A DNA stretch of 64,000 nucleotides from Scenedesmus sp. PABB004 (taxonomy: Eukaryota): NCBI GenBank assembly GCA_014905635.1, contig CM026547.1, forward strand, positions 1-64,000. The letters are read 5' to 3'. A program made the translations under genes and the position numbers. Each line of letters starts with the position of its first letter. Positions within the stretch are counted from its first letter, which is position 1. The notes beneath the pieces were generated by a model that did not search any database, was not told where the DNA came from, and saw only the letters and a list, made by a program, of their open reading frames with translations. This document shows positions 1-13,678 of this stretch, one piece after another.

Positions 1-204
1 CCTAAACCCTAAACCCTAAACCCTAAACCCTAAACCCTAAACCCTAAACCCTAAACCCTAAACCCTAAACCCTAAACCCTAAACCCTAAACCCTAAACCC
101 TAAACCCTAAACCCTAAACCCTAAAACCTAACCCCCCCCTAACCCTGAACCCTAAACCCTAAACCCTAAACCCTAAACCCTAAAACCAAACCCTAAACCC
201 CCTA
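1..204. repeat. Telomeric tract (CCCTAAA)n, i.e. plant-type TTTAGGG, with degenerate proximal units
   Basis: Perfect CCCTAAA units from 1 to ~120, then variants (CCTAAAA, CCCTAA, CCCTGAA, CCAAA) mixed with perfect units to ~204; C-rich strand at the 5' end as expected for a chromosome left end. Confidence 0.98.
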
Positions 205-1102
205 GAGCCGCGCCCGCGGCGCCACCCTGCCTTCCTTCTCGGCACCGTCTCCGCCTCGGTTGCTGATGTTGTTTACACAAGAGCGGCCAACCACACGTCC
301 CGTGCAGCGCGTCGCACCAAGTTGCAGCATTCCAAGCCCGCGAGGCCCGATCGGGGGCCGACGCAATTATTGACCGAGCAGCATGCGTGAACGCCGTGGG
401 ACTGCGCGGCGCGGTGGGGTTCAACACGAGACGCAGCGTCGTCGACTGGCGCGAAAGGCAGGTGGAGTCATGCCGCACCGGCGGTGCGCAAAGGCGGTCG
501 GCGGTTGTGGAGGTGGCGTGGAGGTGGAGGTGGTGCGGGCGGCCTTGTGCGCGCCCCCCCGGCGCAGCACGGTGCGCTGCAGCGGCACGCACGCACGAGG
601 CGCGCCCCTCCGTGCAAGAGGCTCCCCCCTGCCAAGCGGCAACCGACCCGAGGTGCGCCCAATTATTCGCGACCGTCGCGGCAGGCCGCGCCAACGCACT
701 GCGCAGTTTATGGGTTCCCGGCCAGTGACCCCGCCGCCGATGGCCATCGGCGGGGCCCGGCACCCCGTCGCCCCCCCGACGCACCACGCAACGATGTTCT
801 CTGCCGCCACAGGCATGCCCAGCCCCTAGGCGCCCCAGCCAAGGCTCGCGGCGGCACAGCAACAACAGCACCAGCGCGCGCCGCCACGCGACCCGTGCCC
901 AAGCCAGAGAGCACCCGACCCGACCCCACCGCCGGCAACGTGTGTGTGGCGCGCATCGACCGGGTTCCTCAGCCCAACTCTGCTGAGTTTGCCAAGCACC
1001 AGATCCAGTTCCCCCCGCCCCCACACCCCGCCCGCACACCCATCCCGCACAGCCACGCAACCGGCAGCCCCTCGCATGCGCGCCCCACCCCCAAGGGCCA
1101 GC

Positions 1103-3104
1103 CTAAAACGCCCCGAGGCACGGCAGCAGGCGCCGGCGCAGGTTGGGCGCCCCGCGCCCGCCGCGCGCCGCCTCGGCGCCCGCCGCTTGGCTCGCCGCGC
1201 CCGCGCCGGCGCGCGGGCCCGCGCGTGCGCCCGCGGGCGCCCCGAGCGCGGGCAGCGGCTCCGACAGCGACGAGCAGTTGGCCCACGCCTCCGCGAGGCT
1301 GCCCACGGCGTGCGGCCTGCAGTGCTCGCCCGGGCCGGTCAGCGGGCAGCTCGCAGCGTCGCCGGCGCTGCGGCCCGCCGGGCTGCGCGGCGCGGCGGCC
1401 GGGGCGCCGCTCGCCGGGGCTGTGAGCAGCGCCGAGGCGTCCGCCGAGGCGCTGGAGATGCTGCGCGTGGCGTTCGGCAGCTCGCCCTGCGCCGCGTCGC
1501 CGCCGGATGACGGCGGCGGGGCGCCGGGCCAGCCGCCGACGGGCGGCGCGCCCTGCGCCGCCTGCGCCGCCCGCAGCTGCTGGTACTGCGCCATGCACAG
1601 CTCGTGCTGGCGGCGAAGAAAATCGGCGTAGCGCGCGTCCACCAGCGAGCCGCGCACGCCCACCGCTGCGCTCGCCGACGCGGAGCGTGCCAGCCCGCTC
1701 GGCGGGGCGGCCGGCGTGGCGCGGTCGACGCTGTGCGTGCGCGGCGGTAGGGTATCGGGCGCAAAGGTGACGCTGCGGCCGCTGCCCGCCTGCCGCGGCG
1801 GCGGCGGCGGCTGCTGCTGCTGCCGCTGCTGCTGCTGCTGCTGCTGCTGCTGCCGGGGCGCCTTGCGCCTGGCCGCGCTGACCGCGGCGCAGTGCGTGGC
1901 CGCGTCGAAAGCGCTGAAGCCGTGCAGCTGCACCTTCTCGCCTGCGGCGGCGGGCGTCGCGGGGCGTGCAGCCGGCCAGGCGAGGCCGCGCGTGGGGGGC
2001 TGCGGGCGGCGCGCTGTGGCGCGGCGCCGCCGCGCCCGCGGCTGCAGCGCGTCGGCCGCGGTCGGGCGCGCGCCGCGTTGCCCCGCAGCCCGTCAGGCGG
2101 GGGCAGAGGGCTGGGTGCTCACCGCTGTGGGGCGTCTTGCACTCAAAGATGACGTCAAAGTCCATGGTGTCGTCGTAGCCCAGCAGCGCGCGCACCTGGC
2201 GCTTGAACTCCTCCTTGCCCTCGGGCCCCGGCTTCACGCGCAGCTGCGCAGCAGCGGCGGCGGCGGGGGAGCGGGTGAGGCGCGCCGGGGCCGCCCGGGG
2301 CAGCTCGGCGTGCTGCGGCGCGGACCGGGCTGTCGCGGCGGCACGCGGCTGCGGCTGCAGGAGACAGGGCTGGCTGCGGGTAGGGGGCCTGGCAGCAGGC
2401 GGGGCCGGCCGGCCAGGCGCGCGCGCGCCGCACCTTGTGCACGCGGCCGCGCACGCTGACCGCCATGACCGGCGTCGTCGGCTGCAGCGCCTCGGGCGTG
2501 AGCGCGCGCTTCCAGTCGGGGTACTCGCCGTTGCAGAAGCGGCAGTAGCGCTCCTCGCTGTGGGCGCGCGGCGGCGGCGGCGGAGCGTGAGCGGCGCTCC
2601 CCGCGCGCGCGCGCTGGCAGCGGCAGCGGCGCGCGCGCCGCTGAAGCCGCGGCTGCCGTGCCGCTGCCTCCTGGCGCTGAGCCGGAGCTGCTGAGGCCCG
2701 GGGCGCGGGGCGTCGCAGTCCTTGCTGGCTTGCAGGGGCCGGGGCGGGGCGCTGAGGGCAGGAGCAGCACCTCTGCACCTGCCCCCGCCCCGCCGCGCGC
2801 TGGCCGGCCCATCGGCGGCCGGGATCGCGCTTCCCTCGACCCGCAGGCGGCGTCGCGGCGCCTGGCGCGCGCTGGGGCCGCCTGGCGGGTGCCAGCGCTT
2901 GCACGCGGCGACCAAAGCTCACCTTTTCCCGGCCTGCTGCAGCTGCCAGCGCGCCAGGCAGCTCGCGTGGCAGCGCCGAGGGCAGCCGCAGCTCGTGGAG
3001 AGCAGCGGGCGGTCGCCCTGCAGGCAAATCCAGCACTCTTCAATCTGTGAAGGCTCGCGCCCTGCCCCTGCCGCCTGCACGCTCGCCTCCGTGATGGCTT
3101 CCAT
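1103..3104 (-). CDS. RING-CH (RINGv, C4HC3) zinc-finger protein, putative E3 ligase, with poly-Q/low-complexity C-terminus
   Basis: Exons ~3104-2923, 2557-2434, 2243-2123, 1941-1103 with GT-AG junctions; joined motif CWIC...CGC...HASC LARW...CRFC is a RINGv pattern; (CAG)n at ~1811-1851. Confidence 0.8.
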
Positions 3105-3367
3105 CTCGGCGCTTAGAGTGGCGCGAGCGGCCGAGGGCGGGCGGCACCTGCCCAGCGATGGCGATTCGCGGCCTGCGCGCTGCCCTGCCGCCTGCGCGCT
3201 ACGCTTGGAGCCCGGCCGCGACTGCGCCCTCGTCGGCGGGCTGCAGGGCAGCGCACGGGCGGGGCGCTGGGCCTCGGCGCGGCCCAAGAAGCGGCGACCG
3301 AGTAAAACCGGACGACCCCGCCGCCCCCTTCGCTCGATGTCCCGTTCGTGCGTGCCCATCATCCACT

Positions 3368-3622
3368 TCACGATACGCCGCTGCGCGTCGCCCGGCCGCC
3401 GCGGCTCGCCGCGAGGTACCTGCGGCGCGAGCGGCGCGGCTCGCACGCTGCCGCAGACGGCTGCGTCTGCAGCACAGCACAGCACCCACCTGTCCCTGCT
3501 CCACGCCTGCTGCAGCGCCTGGTAGCGCGCCACCCTGTCCGTGGCGCGCACGCCCGGCGCCAGCACCGCGGGCCGGCCGCCCCGGCCCAGCCGCGCGCAG
3601 TACGCGGCCAGCGCGCGCCCGC

Positions 3623-3653
<31 letters not shown>

Positions 3654-4970
3654 GCCGCCGCCGCCCCCGCCGCCGCCGCCGCCGCGCCGGCGCCGCCGCT
3701 GTGGCTCGAGGCAGGCGACACGCGCGGAGCGGCCGCTGCGCTGGCTGCTGCGCTGGCGGCGGCCAGCCCCGCACGCGCGCCGCCCGCCGCAGCCCTGGGG
3801 GGCGCGGGCACGCGGCCCGCGGGGTGTGACGACGCCGCCGGCGCTCGGAACAGCGGGTCGGCAGTGCGTGGCGCGCTGCCAACGTCCAGGATGCTGCGCC
3901 TGGGCGCGGGAGGAGGCAGGGCGCGGGCTGAGCACGCGGGCCCCCGGCAGGCAGCAGCGCGCGCTGTGCCCGCCGCCGCCGCGCGCCCGGCCAGAGCGCA
4001 CGCCCGGCGCTGCCAGCGTGGCGCTGCGAGGCCGCCCACCTGGTGGTGTCGCGGCCAGCCGCGCCGCCGCCGCCGCCTGCGCCCACAGCCTCGCCGATGA
4101 TGGACTCGGGCGCGACGACCCACAGCGCCGCCGCTGCCGCGCCGCCCGACCAGGCGGGACTCCAGGGCGCCGCGCCGCCGCCGGGCCGCGCGGCGACGAG
4201 CGCAGCGCTCTCGCTGGCCGGCGACGCTGCCGCGCTGAGCGCGGCGGGCGGCCCGCCGCACAGCGCGGCGTCGTGGCGGGGGGACGGCACGCGCACGTGC
4301 AGGCCCACGGGGCGGTAGCTCGCCCGGAAGCCGTAGCGCGGTTGCGGAGACGCCCGGCCCCCGGCCGGCGACGCCGGCGCTGGCGGCGCTGGCGGCACGT
4401 AAACGACCTCCGCAGCCTCCAGCGCCGCATCGAGAGCGTCGTGCTGCCCCAGCACGCTGGGCGCGGCGCCGCCGTCGTCGCCGCGACGCTGCTGCATGGT
4501 GCTGCCGCGCACGTCGGCGTCGTCCAGCTCCGCGAGCCGCTGCGCCAGGCTGGGCCGCTCCGCGAGACGGGCCAAGAGCTTGCGGCAGCGCTGGTCGAGC
4601 GTGCCCCGCGGTGCCTGCGAGCCCTGCTGCTTGCTGCCCGGGGACTCGCGCTGGCCGGCCGGGCGCGACGGCGCCGCGTCGGCGTCGGCGGCCCCGGGCA
4701 GCTCTGCCGCGGCGTGCACCCCAGCGGGCGCGCAGCTTGCGGCCAGAGAACCACCTGCAGCATGCATAGTCGGCGGCGCCGCGGCGGCGGCCCGGCGCGG
4801 GAGCTGGGCGCGGCGTCCGGGGCGCGCCCGCGCCGCGGCGCTGCTGCGCGCGCACCAGCGTCGCTCGAGAGCCCGGCGACGAACGCGGCGATCACTTCGT
4901 CGCCGACGTCGTGTCCCAGCAGTCGCAGCTGCTCCTTTACAAGCCCAACGTCCACCCCGCCCTCCGCCAT
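3368..4970 (-). CDS. HYLS1: HYLS1-like centriole/ciliogenesis protein
   Basis: N-terminus VKEQLRLLGHDVGDEVIAAFV and C-terminal TDRVARYQALQQAWSRDR resemble the two conserved HYLS1 blocks; last exon spliced at ~3489/3419 ends at TGA 3368; internal exons uncertain. Confidence 0.6.
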
Positions 4971-5312
4971 CGCCCGGCGGCGCCGAACTCAGCGGCGGCG
5001 CGCAGCGGCGGCGCGCCCGCCGGCAGAGAGCTCGCGGTGCTTGTTTGCTCAGCTCGGAAGACTCTAGAGGGAAGCAGAGACTGAAGCGGGCACGGGCGGG
5101 GTGCAGGACGGGGCGGGAGCGGAGAGGGCGGCCGTCAAACCCAGGGCGATGGCGCCTTCACGCCGGTGTCGCGCGCGCGCACCCCTGCAGACACCACGCC
5201 GACTCAAACCTGCGACGTGATCTCCGGCTGCCCCAGCGCGCCCTGCCAGGTCCGGCTCGCCGCGGCCCGGGCGCGCAGCAGCAGCGACGCGCGGCGCGGC
5301 GCCGCCGCCGCG

Positions 5313-7168
5313 ATGAGCCTCTACGACCTGCAGCAGCGCACGGACGCCATTCTCAAGAAGTGAGGCGCTGCTGGGCGCCACGCCTCCGGCCCAGGGCGCA
5401 GCGCGCCAGCGCCGACGCGCGGCCAGGCAGCGCGCGCCGCCGCCGCACGCGCCCGGGCCGCGCCGCGCGGCTGGCGCCGTCGGCGGCGGCGGCGGTCTGG
5501 AGCATTGCCGGTTCGCCGGGGCATCCGTTTTGGCGGGCACCTCGCGATGGCTGCCACCGCCGCGCGGCCCGAGCGCCGCACGCCCGCGCTGCGGTTGGAG
5601 AACACGCGCCGCCGCCGCAGGTACGACAAGTATGACAAGACGATGGGCAAGCGGCGCGAGACCAAGGGCGACGACCCCTTCGTGGACGAGATGGACATGC
5701 TGGAGGGGCAGGTGGAGGACCTGAACCGGGTGAGCGCGGCGGCGCGCGGCGCGGTGCGCGGTGGCGTGCGCCCGGCGCGCCGCCGACGGCTGCCGGCCAC
5801 CGGCCGCCGCGTCGCGCGCGCGCCCTCGCGCGCAGCAAGCCGAGGAGGTGGCGGTGGAGAAGAACAGGGCCATCGTCGCGACGCGCAACGCCGAGATCAG
5901 GTGCCTGCCGCGCACGCCGTGCCGGCTGACGCGGCGCGCCAGCGCACGCGCCGCAGCGGGCTGCGCCGCGCACGAGCGCGCGTACCGCCGCCGGGGGGGC
6001 TCCGCTCGCAGGAAGGCGAAGCAGCTGCTGCTCACGGACGGCGTGCAGGCGCTGCAGAAGCTCAAGAAGAAGGGCAAGGGCGTGAACAAGCTGGTCATCG
6101 AGGAGCGAGAAAAGAAGGCGCGCTGACGCGCGCTGCTGCGCGCCGTGGCAGGCACAGCAGCAGCGGGCGCAGGGGCGGCGGGCCGGCCGGCAGGCCTCCG
6201 CCAGCGGTCGCTGAGACGGCGGCGCTCCCCCTGCGCCCCCATCCGCCCGCAGGTCCAGCAGCTCATTGAGAAGATCTTCGCAGTGCCGGACGGCATCGGC
6301 GGCAACAGGCGGCCCATAAAGGTGCACAGGCCGCGCAGCGCAGGCCGCCACCCTGGGCCGGCGGGCGGGAGCTCACACCCTCACCGCCCCGCCGACGCTC
6401 GCAGCCCGGCGTCGCGCTGCAGATGGCCAAGGGCGCCAGCATCACGCTGGGCCCGCTGGACCCGCAGCAGAACAGCCCGCTGCACTTCAAGCAGACCGAG
6501 GAGACGGCCAAGTTTGAGCAGGCGCGCGCTGGCCTGCCACCCCGCGCGCGCGCCGCGGCGCCGCGTGGGCGTGCCGCGCACCACGGGCGCGCCCCGCTCA
6601 CGCCGCGGCCGCCGCGGGCTGGGCGGCGCGCCGCTCGCAGGAGTGGCAGCACGCCAGGGTGCGGCAAGATGCGCAGCTGGAGCGCATCGAGCGCGGCGTG
6701 GGCACGCTGGGCGAGATGGCGCGGGGCATGCAGGAGGAGCTGGACAAGCAGACGCCGGTGATCGACGATATCGACAACCAGCTCAACAAGGTCACTGGCC
6801 AGCTGAAGACCAACAACGCCAAGCTCACCGGGCTTATCACGCAGGTGGGCGGCGCGGCGGCGCGGCGGCGCGGTGGCGCTGCCGCGCTGAGCGAGGCCGC
6901 GCGCTGGCAGCGGCTGCGCCCGCAGCTTCGCTCTCCGCGGCCAGCTCACAACTGCGAGAGGGGGGGGGGGGGGCTTGCAGCCGAGCCGCCACGCCGGGTG
7001 CACCGCCAGCGCTGCCGCGCGCACGCCGTCAGCCCCAGCGCCGCGAGCCGCCGCCGCCGTGCCCAGATGCGGTCGAAGCGCAACTTTTGCATCGACATCG
7101 TGCTCGTTTGCGTGCTGCTCGGCATCGGCGCCTACATCTTCACCGCTGCCACCAAGAAGAAGAGCTAG
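5313..7168 (+). CDS. SYP7: Qc-SNARE of the SYP7 (syntaxin-71-like) family
   Basis: MSLYDLQQRTDAILKKYDKYD...GDDPF N-terminus; SNARE motif QDAQLERIERGVGTLGEMARGMQEELDKQTPVIDDID; tail RSKRNFCIDIVLVCVLLGIGAYIF is a C-terminal membrane anchor; 8 exons, two GC donors. Confidence 0.92.
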
Positions 7169-7347
7169 CCCGCGCAGCGCTGAGGCTGGCGGCCAGACGC
7201 GCGCTGCGCGCGTCGCGCGCTGTTGGCCGGCGCCGGCGCCAGCGGCGGCACCGAAACGTTACAGGGCCGGACGGGCGCCGCCCGCGCGCCTCGTCGCCCG
7301 CCCGCCGGCCGGATGCGCGCCCGTGCGCGCCCGCGGGCACAGCCCGC

Positions 7348-8530
7348 TCACGTGTCGTAGTCGTCGTCGTAGTCATCCTCCGGCTTGGAGAAGTTGGCCA
7401 GCGCCTGGGCGCTCAGCATGCTCGGCAGCAGCGGGAGCGCGTCCGCCGGCGCCGCGCCCGTCAGCTGCTCCCCCGCACCGGCGGCGGCCTCGCCGACGGC
7501 CTGCTGCTTGTGCGCGGGCGAGTGCGGCGCCTGGCCGTCGGGGGCATGCCGCTTCGCGCCGGCTGCGGGCCGCCCAAACGAGCGCTGCGCCAGGAAGGGG
7601 TGCGCGCCCAGCCCGCCAAAGCCGCTGCCAAGCTTGCCGTGCGCCCCGTGCGCCATCGGGCTGCCGCCGGCGTCGTCCGCGGGCTTGACGGGCGGCGGCG
7701 CCGGCGGCGGCGGCGACGCGGCGCCGCCGCCGCTGCCGGCCGCTGCCGCCGCCCCGCTTGGCCCCGCCGCCGCGCCCGCCGCCGCCGGCGCTGCGGCGCC
7801 GTCCGCCGACGCGCGCTTGCCCTCTGCTGACGCGCGCGGCTTGGTCTCCGACCTGCGGCGGCAGCGGCCCGGCCGCGGCGGCAGGTGCGTCTCAGCCGCC
7901 TGCGCGCGCGGCCAGCGCCGCTGGTTGCAAACCGCGACGGCAGGATGCGGCGCCCCGCGCTGCCGCGCACCGCTGGCGCTTGGGCTTGGGCGCCTCGGGC
8001 TCGCCCTCCGCCGGCAGGTCGGGCGCCTTGGCCACCGTGTCGGCCAGGAAGTCCATGAGCTCGTCGCCGATCACGTAGGCCTTGCTGCGCGGCGGAGGCG
8101 GCGCCGGCGGCGGCGGCGGCGGGCGTATCGCGGCCGCCCGCGCGCCGCGCGGCGGGGCGGCGCCGCTGGCGCCGGCGCGCCGGCGTGCTCTCACAGGTGG
8201 CTGGTGGTGAGCGTCTTGGCCTTGCGGCCCGCCGCCACCTCGCTGGCGCTGGTGCACAGGCGCTGCAGGAAGAGCTCCATCGCGCGGGCTGCGCGTGGCG
8301 GCGCGGAGCAGCGCGGCGCGCCGCGCGGCGAGGGCCGTGAGCGACGCGGCGGCGCTCACGGCCGGCCGTGAGCGACGCGGCGGCCGCAGCGCGTGGGCCG
8401 TGCAGCGCCACGCCCCCGCCCGCCGCGCACCGATCATCACGGGCGTGGCCTGCGCGATCTTGCCGACGTCGTCGTCGGTCTGCATCATCTTCTTGATGCG
8501 CGCGGCGAGCGGGTGCGCCTTGCGCCCCAT
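7348..8530 (-). CDS. DRAP1: NC2-alpha / Dr1-associated corepressor (histone-fold)
   Basis: [38 protein letters not shown]...KTLTTSHL...LMDFLADTV; acidic end EDDYDDDYDT; minus-strand TGTAA at 7259-7263 downstream. Confidence 0.93.
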
Positions 8531-9293
8531 GGCTGCGCTGCCGGCGCCGCCGCGCCCGCCGCCGCCGCCGGTGCCTGTCGTGCGCGTGCGGGTCTTCCCG
8601 GGAGTCCTGCAGGGCGGGCCGCAGCTCGTGTCGGCGCGCGCGCGGCGTCGCAGCAGCGGCGACGAGCAGCGGCGGCGCATCGCGGCGCCCCCGCGAGCGC
8701 TGGCCCCGCCGCCGGCTCTGCGTGATGCTGCTGCGTGGGCACGCACGCAGGGGGGGCCTGCAGCGCGCCGCGCGCCTGAATGGCTGTGCTCGAGCGGTGT
8801 GCCCTCGGTGCTGCTTCTGCAGCGGCTCGCTGCAACGGAGGCAGATCGTCGGGTCAGGACACGACGGGCTGTGAGCCGGCGAGGAGGGGGAGAGACCTGC
8901 CAGGCTGCTGGCAGCGGCGGCGGCGCGGGGCTTTGCGCTTCGACAACAGCTGACAGGCGCCGCGGCAGACTCTCCCGGCCCGGCTCGAGGTGCGTTCCGC
9001 AATCGCGCAACGCCACCAGGCCCCCGCGGAGCCAGCAGTGCACGCGCCCGCGCGCGGCGCCAGCAGTACGTTTTCGCGCGCAGGCCGCTCGCCCAGGCCG
9101 CGCCGCGCGGTCACCGGCAGCTGCCACCTCGCTCAGAAACTCGAAGCGCCGCTCGATCGGCGCTCGCGCGCGTGCCAGCGCAGGCTGTGTGAGGCGCACG
9201 GCTGCTCGGCGGCGCGCGCTCAACAAGGCCCCCGCCGGGCGCCTCCACACGGCCCTGGCCTGCCCCACCGGGATCGAAGGGGCACCGCCAGCC

Positions 9294-12200
9294 ATGGCAC
9301 TCACCGTGGCGCAGCTGCTGCGCGCCATTGCGGCCGAGGACGGCGCCGCCGTGCGGCGCGCGCTGGACCTGCACCCCGCGCTCGTGCACGCGCAGTACCC
9401 GCGTGACGGCGCGACACCGCTGCACGCGGCGGCCGCGACGGGCAACATGGCGCTCCTCCGCGAGCTGCTGCACCTCGGCGCGAGCTGCCAGGCGGTGGAC
9501 GCGCGCGGCGAGGCCGCGCTGCACGCGGCGGCGCGCCACGGCCACGTCCCCCTGGTGCGCGAGCTGCTCGCCGACGCGGGCCGGCGCTCCTGCATGAAGC
9601 TGGCCAACGCCGACGGCGCGACGCCGCTGCACCTGGCCGTCGCGGCGCGGCACGTGGACGTCGTGCGCGCGCTGCTCAACGCCGGCGCGCGCGCCGACCT
9701 GCGCGACCGGGTGCGGCGCGCGGCGCGCGCGGGGCGCGGACAATGGCAGCCCCGCCCGCACGCACGCGCGCGCGCGCCCCGCCCACACCACGGCGCCCCG
9801 CGCGCACCCCGCGCCGCAGGCCGGCCGCACCGCGCGCGACCTGGTCGACCCCGCCGACGAGGAGCTCGCGGCCTCCCTGGCGCAGGGCCGCCAGCTCACG
9901 CCCGGCAGCGCCAGCCGCACCGCGCGCCGCATCATCAGCCCCGCCATGTCGCCCGCGGCGCGCGGCGGCGGCGCGCCTGCGCGCGCCGGCGCGCCAGTGC
10001 ACGAGGCGAGCGACCAGCCCACCGCGGCGGCGGCGGCCCCGCAGCGCGGCGAGGTGGCGGCTGGCGCGCCGGCCGACACGACGGGCGGCCCACCGCCGCC
10101 CGCCGCCGCTGCGCTGGACGGCGCGGCGGCCGGCGGCCACGACGCACGCGTCGCGCTCCCCGAGCACGACGACCACGACCACGACGGCACTGCTGTGCCC
10201 GGCGGGGCGCGCGCGTGGCACCACTACACGCCGCAGTGCTCGCTCGAGGCAGGCAGGGGCGCGCCGCCGGCGGCGGAGCCGCACGGCGCTGCAGCGCAGG
10301 CATGGCCGGGCAGCCAGGCGTGGCCGAGCGCCCACGCGCAGGCCGCGTCGGCCTCGGCGGTCGAGCGCCACCACCCCATGCCGGCGCCGCTTGCCAGCCA
10401 GATGGGCCCGCTGCACAGCGCCCGCGCCGCGGCGGGCTCGGCGGCGGGCGCCAGCGCTGCGGCGGGCAGGGCGGCCGAGGCCCACGCCGGCGGCAGCAGC
10501 TGCATCGTCAGCCCCGAGGCCAGCGCGGCCCTGCTGCACGCAGCGCCTGGGCCCCTGCACGGTGGCGTGGCAGGCTCGTACGAGCCCGGCCCGCTGTCCG
10601 CGGGCGTCGGCTACAGCATCAGGGTCGGCCGCCGCTCGCTCACCCAGCTCGCCCACCCGGGCAGCGGGGCGAGCACCCCGCGGCACCACCTGCAGCACCA
10701 GCCGCCCCCCGCGCCCCCAGCGCTGGCGGCGCTGGCGGCGGCCGTGTCGGCGACGGGGCGCGTGGGGCCCCTGCAGCAGCCGCTGCAGGCGCAGCTGAGC
10801 GCGCTGGCCGGCAAGGTGCAGCAGCTGGAGGCTTGGTTTGAGGCCCAGGTGCGGCGGTTGTGCGGCGCCGTGCCGGCGGGCCGGGGGTGCACGCGGCCGA
10901 GCGCTGACGCCGCCTGGTGACCGCAGGTTGAGCTCATTCCCGAGTGGCAGAGGGTACTGGGCGTGGTGCACGGCCTCAAGGCGTGAGTATGGGACAGGTC
11001 ACACTGCGGGGAGGGGGGGGGACACCTGTCCCGCCGCGGTGCACGCGGCGTGCGCTCACCCGTTGGGCCGCCCCGCAGGCATCTGGAGGAGGAGCAGCTC
11101 AAGGTGGACGGCCACGAGGAGCGGCTGGTGGGGCTGGGCCAGGCGCTGGAGAGCTTGGCCGACCAGGCGGAGCGTGTGGAGGCCGACGCGCTGGGCGCGG
11201 TGCCCCAGCATGAGACCCGCCTGGCCGAGGTGTGCAGGCGGCGCGAGGGGGTGGCCCACGCCGGCGCAGCCTGTGGGCCGGGACTCTAGATTGTGCCGCC
11301 AACGGCTCCACTGCCCATCGCCGCAGGTGGCTGAGCAGCAAGGCGCCGTCAGGGAGGCCCTGTCCGGCTGCAGCGACCAGATTGCGCAGCTGAAGGAGCA
11401 GGCTGCGCGCCAAGCGTCGGCGGAAGGTGCGGCGTGCCTGTGCATTGGTGCTGGCGCTTGCGTCGTGCGTGTGGCTGGCACCTGCCCGTCCTGCGCCAAC
11501 TCTGCCGTGCCCGACCTGCCCTGTCCGCAGCCGCGCGCCAGGCTGCGGACGAGGCAAAGCTTGCCTCGCTCGCTTCCGCGCTCAGCGCCGCCACGGCGCG
11601 TCTGGAGGCGATGGAGAGCAGCGTGGCCGACGGCGGCGCCCGCGACGCCCGCCTGGCCGCCCTGGAAGCGGGCGTGGCGGAGCTGCGCCAGACGCTCGCG
11701 GGCCTCGCGCCGCCGGCTGCGAGCAGCGACGCCGGGGGCGCGCACGCCGGCACCGCGCAGGATGTCGAGGAGCTGCGCGCGCGCGTGGCGGACCTGTCTG
11801 CGGCCATGGCCGTGGGCGGCGGCGCTGGCGGGCTGGAGGGCGTGCTGCTGCCGTTCATGGAGACCACGAGCAGCTGCCTGGCGGCGCACGAGGCGCAGCT
11901 GGACGCCATCCAGGTGCGCCGCAGCGCGCGCGGCGCGCCAGGGGGTTGCCCCCTGGCCGCTGACGCCGGCCCGCCGCCCGCCGCCGCCCCGCCCAGGCCG
12001 TCGCGCCCAAGCTGGAGAGCGTGGTCGCGCAGCGCGCCCAGATGTGTGAGCTCATGCAGCAGATGGCCGCTCTGCAGACCGCCTTCAACCTGCTCACTGG
12101 CAGCAAGGGCGGCCCCGGCGGCCAGGACGCCTGCGCCCGGTGCGCGCGCGCGGCCGCCGCCTCGGCGCCGCCGGCAGCCGCAGCGGCGCCCGGCGCTCGC

Positions 12201-13408
12201 GCGGGCGCAGCGGCGCCCCCTGATCTGCCACCGCCCCCGCGCAGGCCGGGCGGCGGCCCGCTCTCCTGCGGTCCGCTGGGCAGCCACAAGGCCGCGGCCG
12301 ACTCCCTCGCGCTCGCGACGAGCATGGTGAAGCTGCAGAGCCAGTTTGGCGCGCTCTCCGCGGCGGTGGAGCAGCTGCAGGCCGAGTGGGAGGCCGCGGC
12401 GGCGGGTGTCAAGGCCGACGCGGACGCCATCAGGTGCGCCGGCGGCGCCACGCCGGCGCCCGCGTGCCAGCTCCGCGCCCGCCGGCGCCGCTGCCGATCC
12501 CGCACGCGCCGCGCTGCCGGCGGCGCGCAGGGCGGACTGGGAGGCCGAGCGCGCGCGGCTGGCGGCGTGCGAGCGCGAGGCGGCGCGCCGCGCGGCCGAC
12601 CAGCAGAAGGAGCTGCGCGCGCGCGAGGAGCGGCTGGCGCACATCCGCGAGGCCGCGCTGGCCGAGGAGGCAGCGCGCCGCAGCCAGCTCGACAGCGAGG
12701 CCCGCGTTAGCGGCGCGCTGCAGGGCGTGCGCGGCGCCCAGGAGCAGCTGGAGGGCCGGCTCGGGGGGCTGAGCGACGGCTTGGAGGCGCTGCGCGAGCA
12801 GGTCGCTGCGCTGCAGGTGCGCCGCCGCCAGCCGCGTATTCGCGGCTGCGCCGCGTGCGGCGGCTCACGCGCCTGCGCCGCCCCGCGCTGCGCAGTGCGA
12901 GGTGGAGGCCTCGCTGCTGCCGCTGGCGCCTGAGGTCGCGCGCATCGCCGCGGCGCAGGAGGGCCTGCAGCGCGCCGCGCCGCCCAGCCCCGGCGCGCTG
13001 GCCCCGCCCGCAGAGCGTGCGGGCGCGCACGACGAGCCGTCCGCGGTCAGCCCCGACCCCAGCAACCCCTTCCTCGCGCCGCCGCTGCGCCGCAGCTCGG
13101 GGTCCATCGACTGCGCCGCCGCGGGCGCGGGGGGCTCGCCCGCGCCCGGCGCCCGCGCGCTGCAGGACCAGGATGCGCCGGCTGACGCCGCGCCCGCCGT
13201 GCTAGCGGCGCCCAAGCGGGCGGCCTGGTTTGCTCGCGGCGGCCACGCGCACCGCGACGTCGCCGGCGCGCGGGGCCGCGCCGCCGCCGACCAGCAGTCC
13301 GGGGCGGCGGCGGTGGCCGACGCAAAGCCTTCAAAGTTGCGCAAGCTCTTCGGCCTCGTCGGCGGCGGCAAGGCCGGCAAGGCCGGCGGGGTGGGCGGGC
13401 GCGTGTGA
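9294..13408 (+). CDS. Ankyrin-repeat protein with long coiled-coil C-terminal half
   Basis: Three TPLH-type ankyrin repeats (DGATPLHAAAATG, GEAALHAAARHGH, DGATPLHLAVAAR) in exon 1; later exons are heptad-rich (10800-13000); exon boundaries partly uncertain. Confidence 0.8.
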
Positions 13409-13678
13409 GGCGGGGGGGGGGGTGCGGGGGGGGTGGGGCCAGCACTGCATGGGGGGCATCGGCGGCGGCGCTGAGACGCGTCGGCCGTGCTGAGACGCGA
13501 CGGTTGCGGCAACCGCTGCGTCCGGCCGCCCGCCACGCGCGCCGCCGTGCTGCTTACGCTCCCACTCCCCCCAGCCCGCTCAGCACTCTCCCCAGCCTCA
13601 GCGCCCAGCCCGGTCTCGTCGCCCGCGCGCGCACCAGCACCACAGCTCGCCGCTCTCCGCCGCCAGCGGCTCGCCGCC

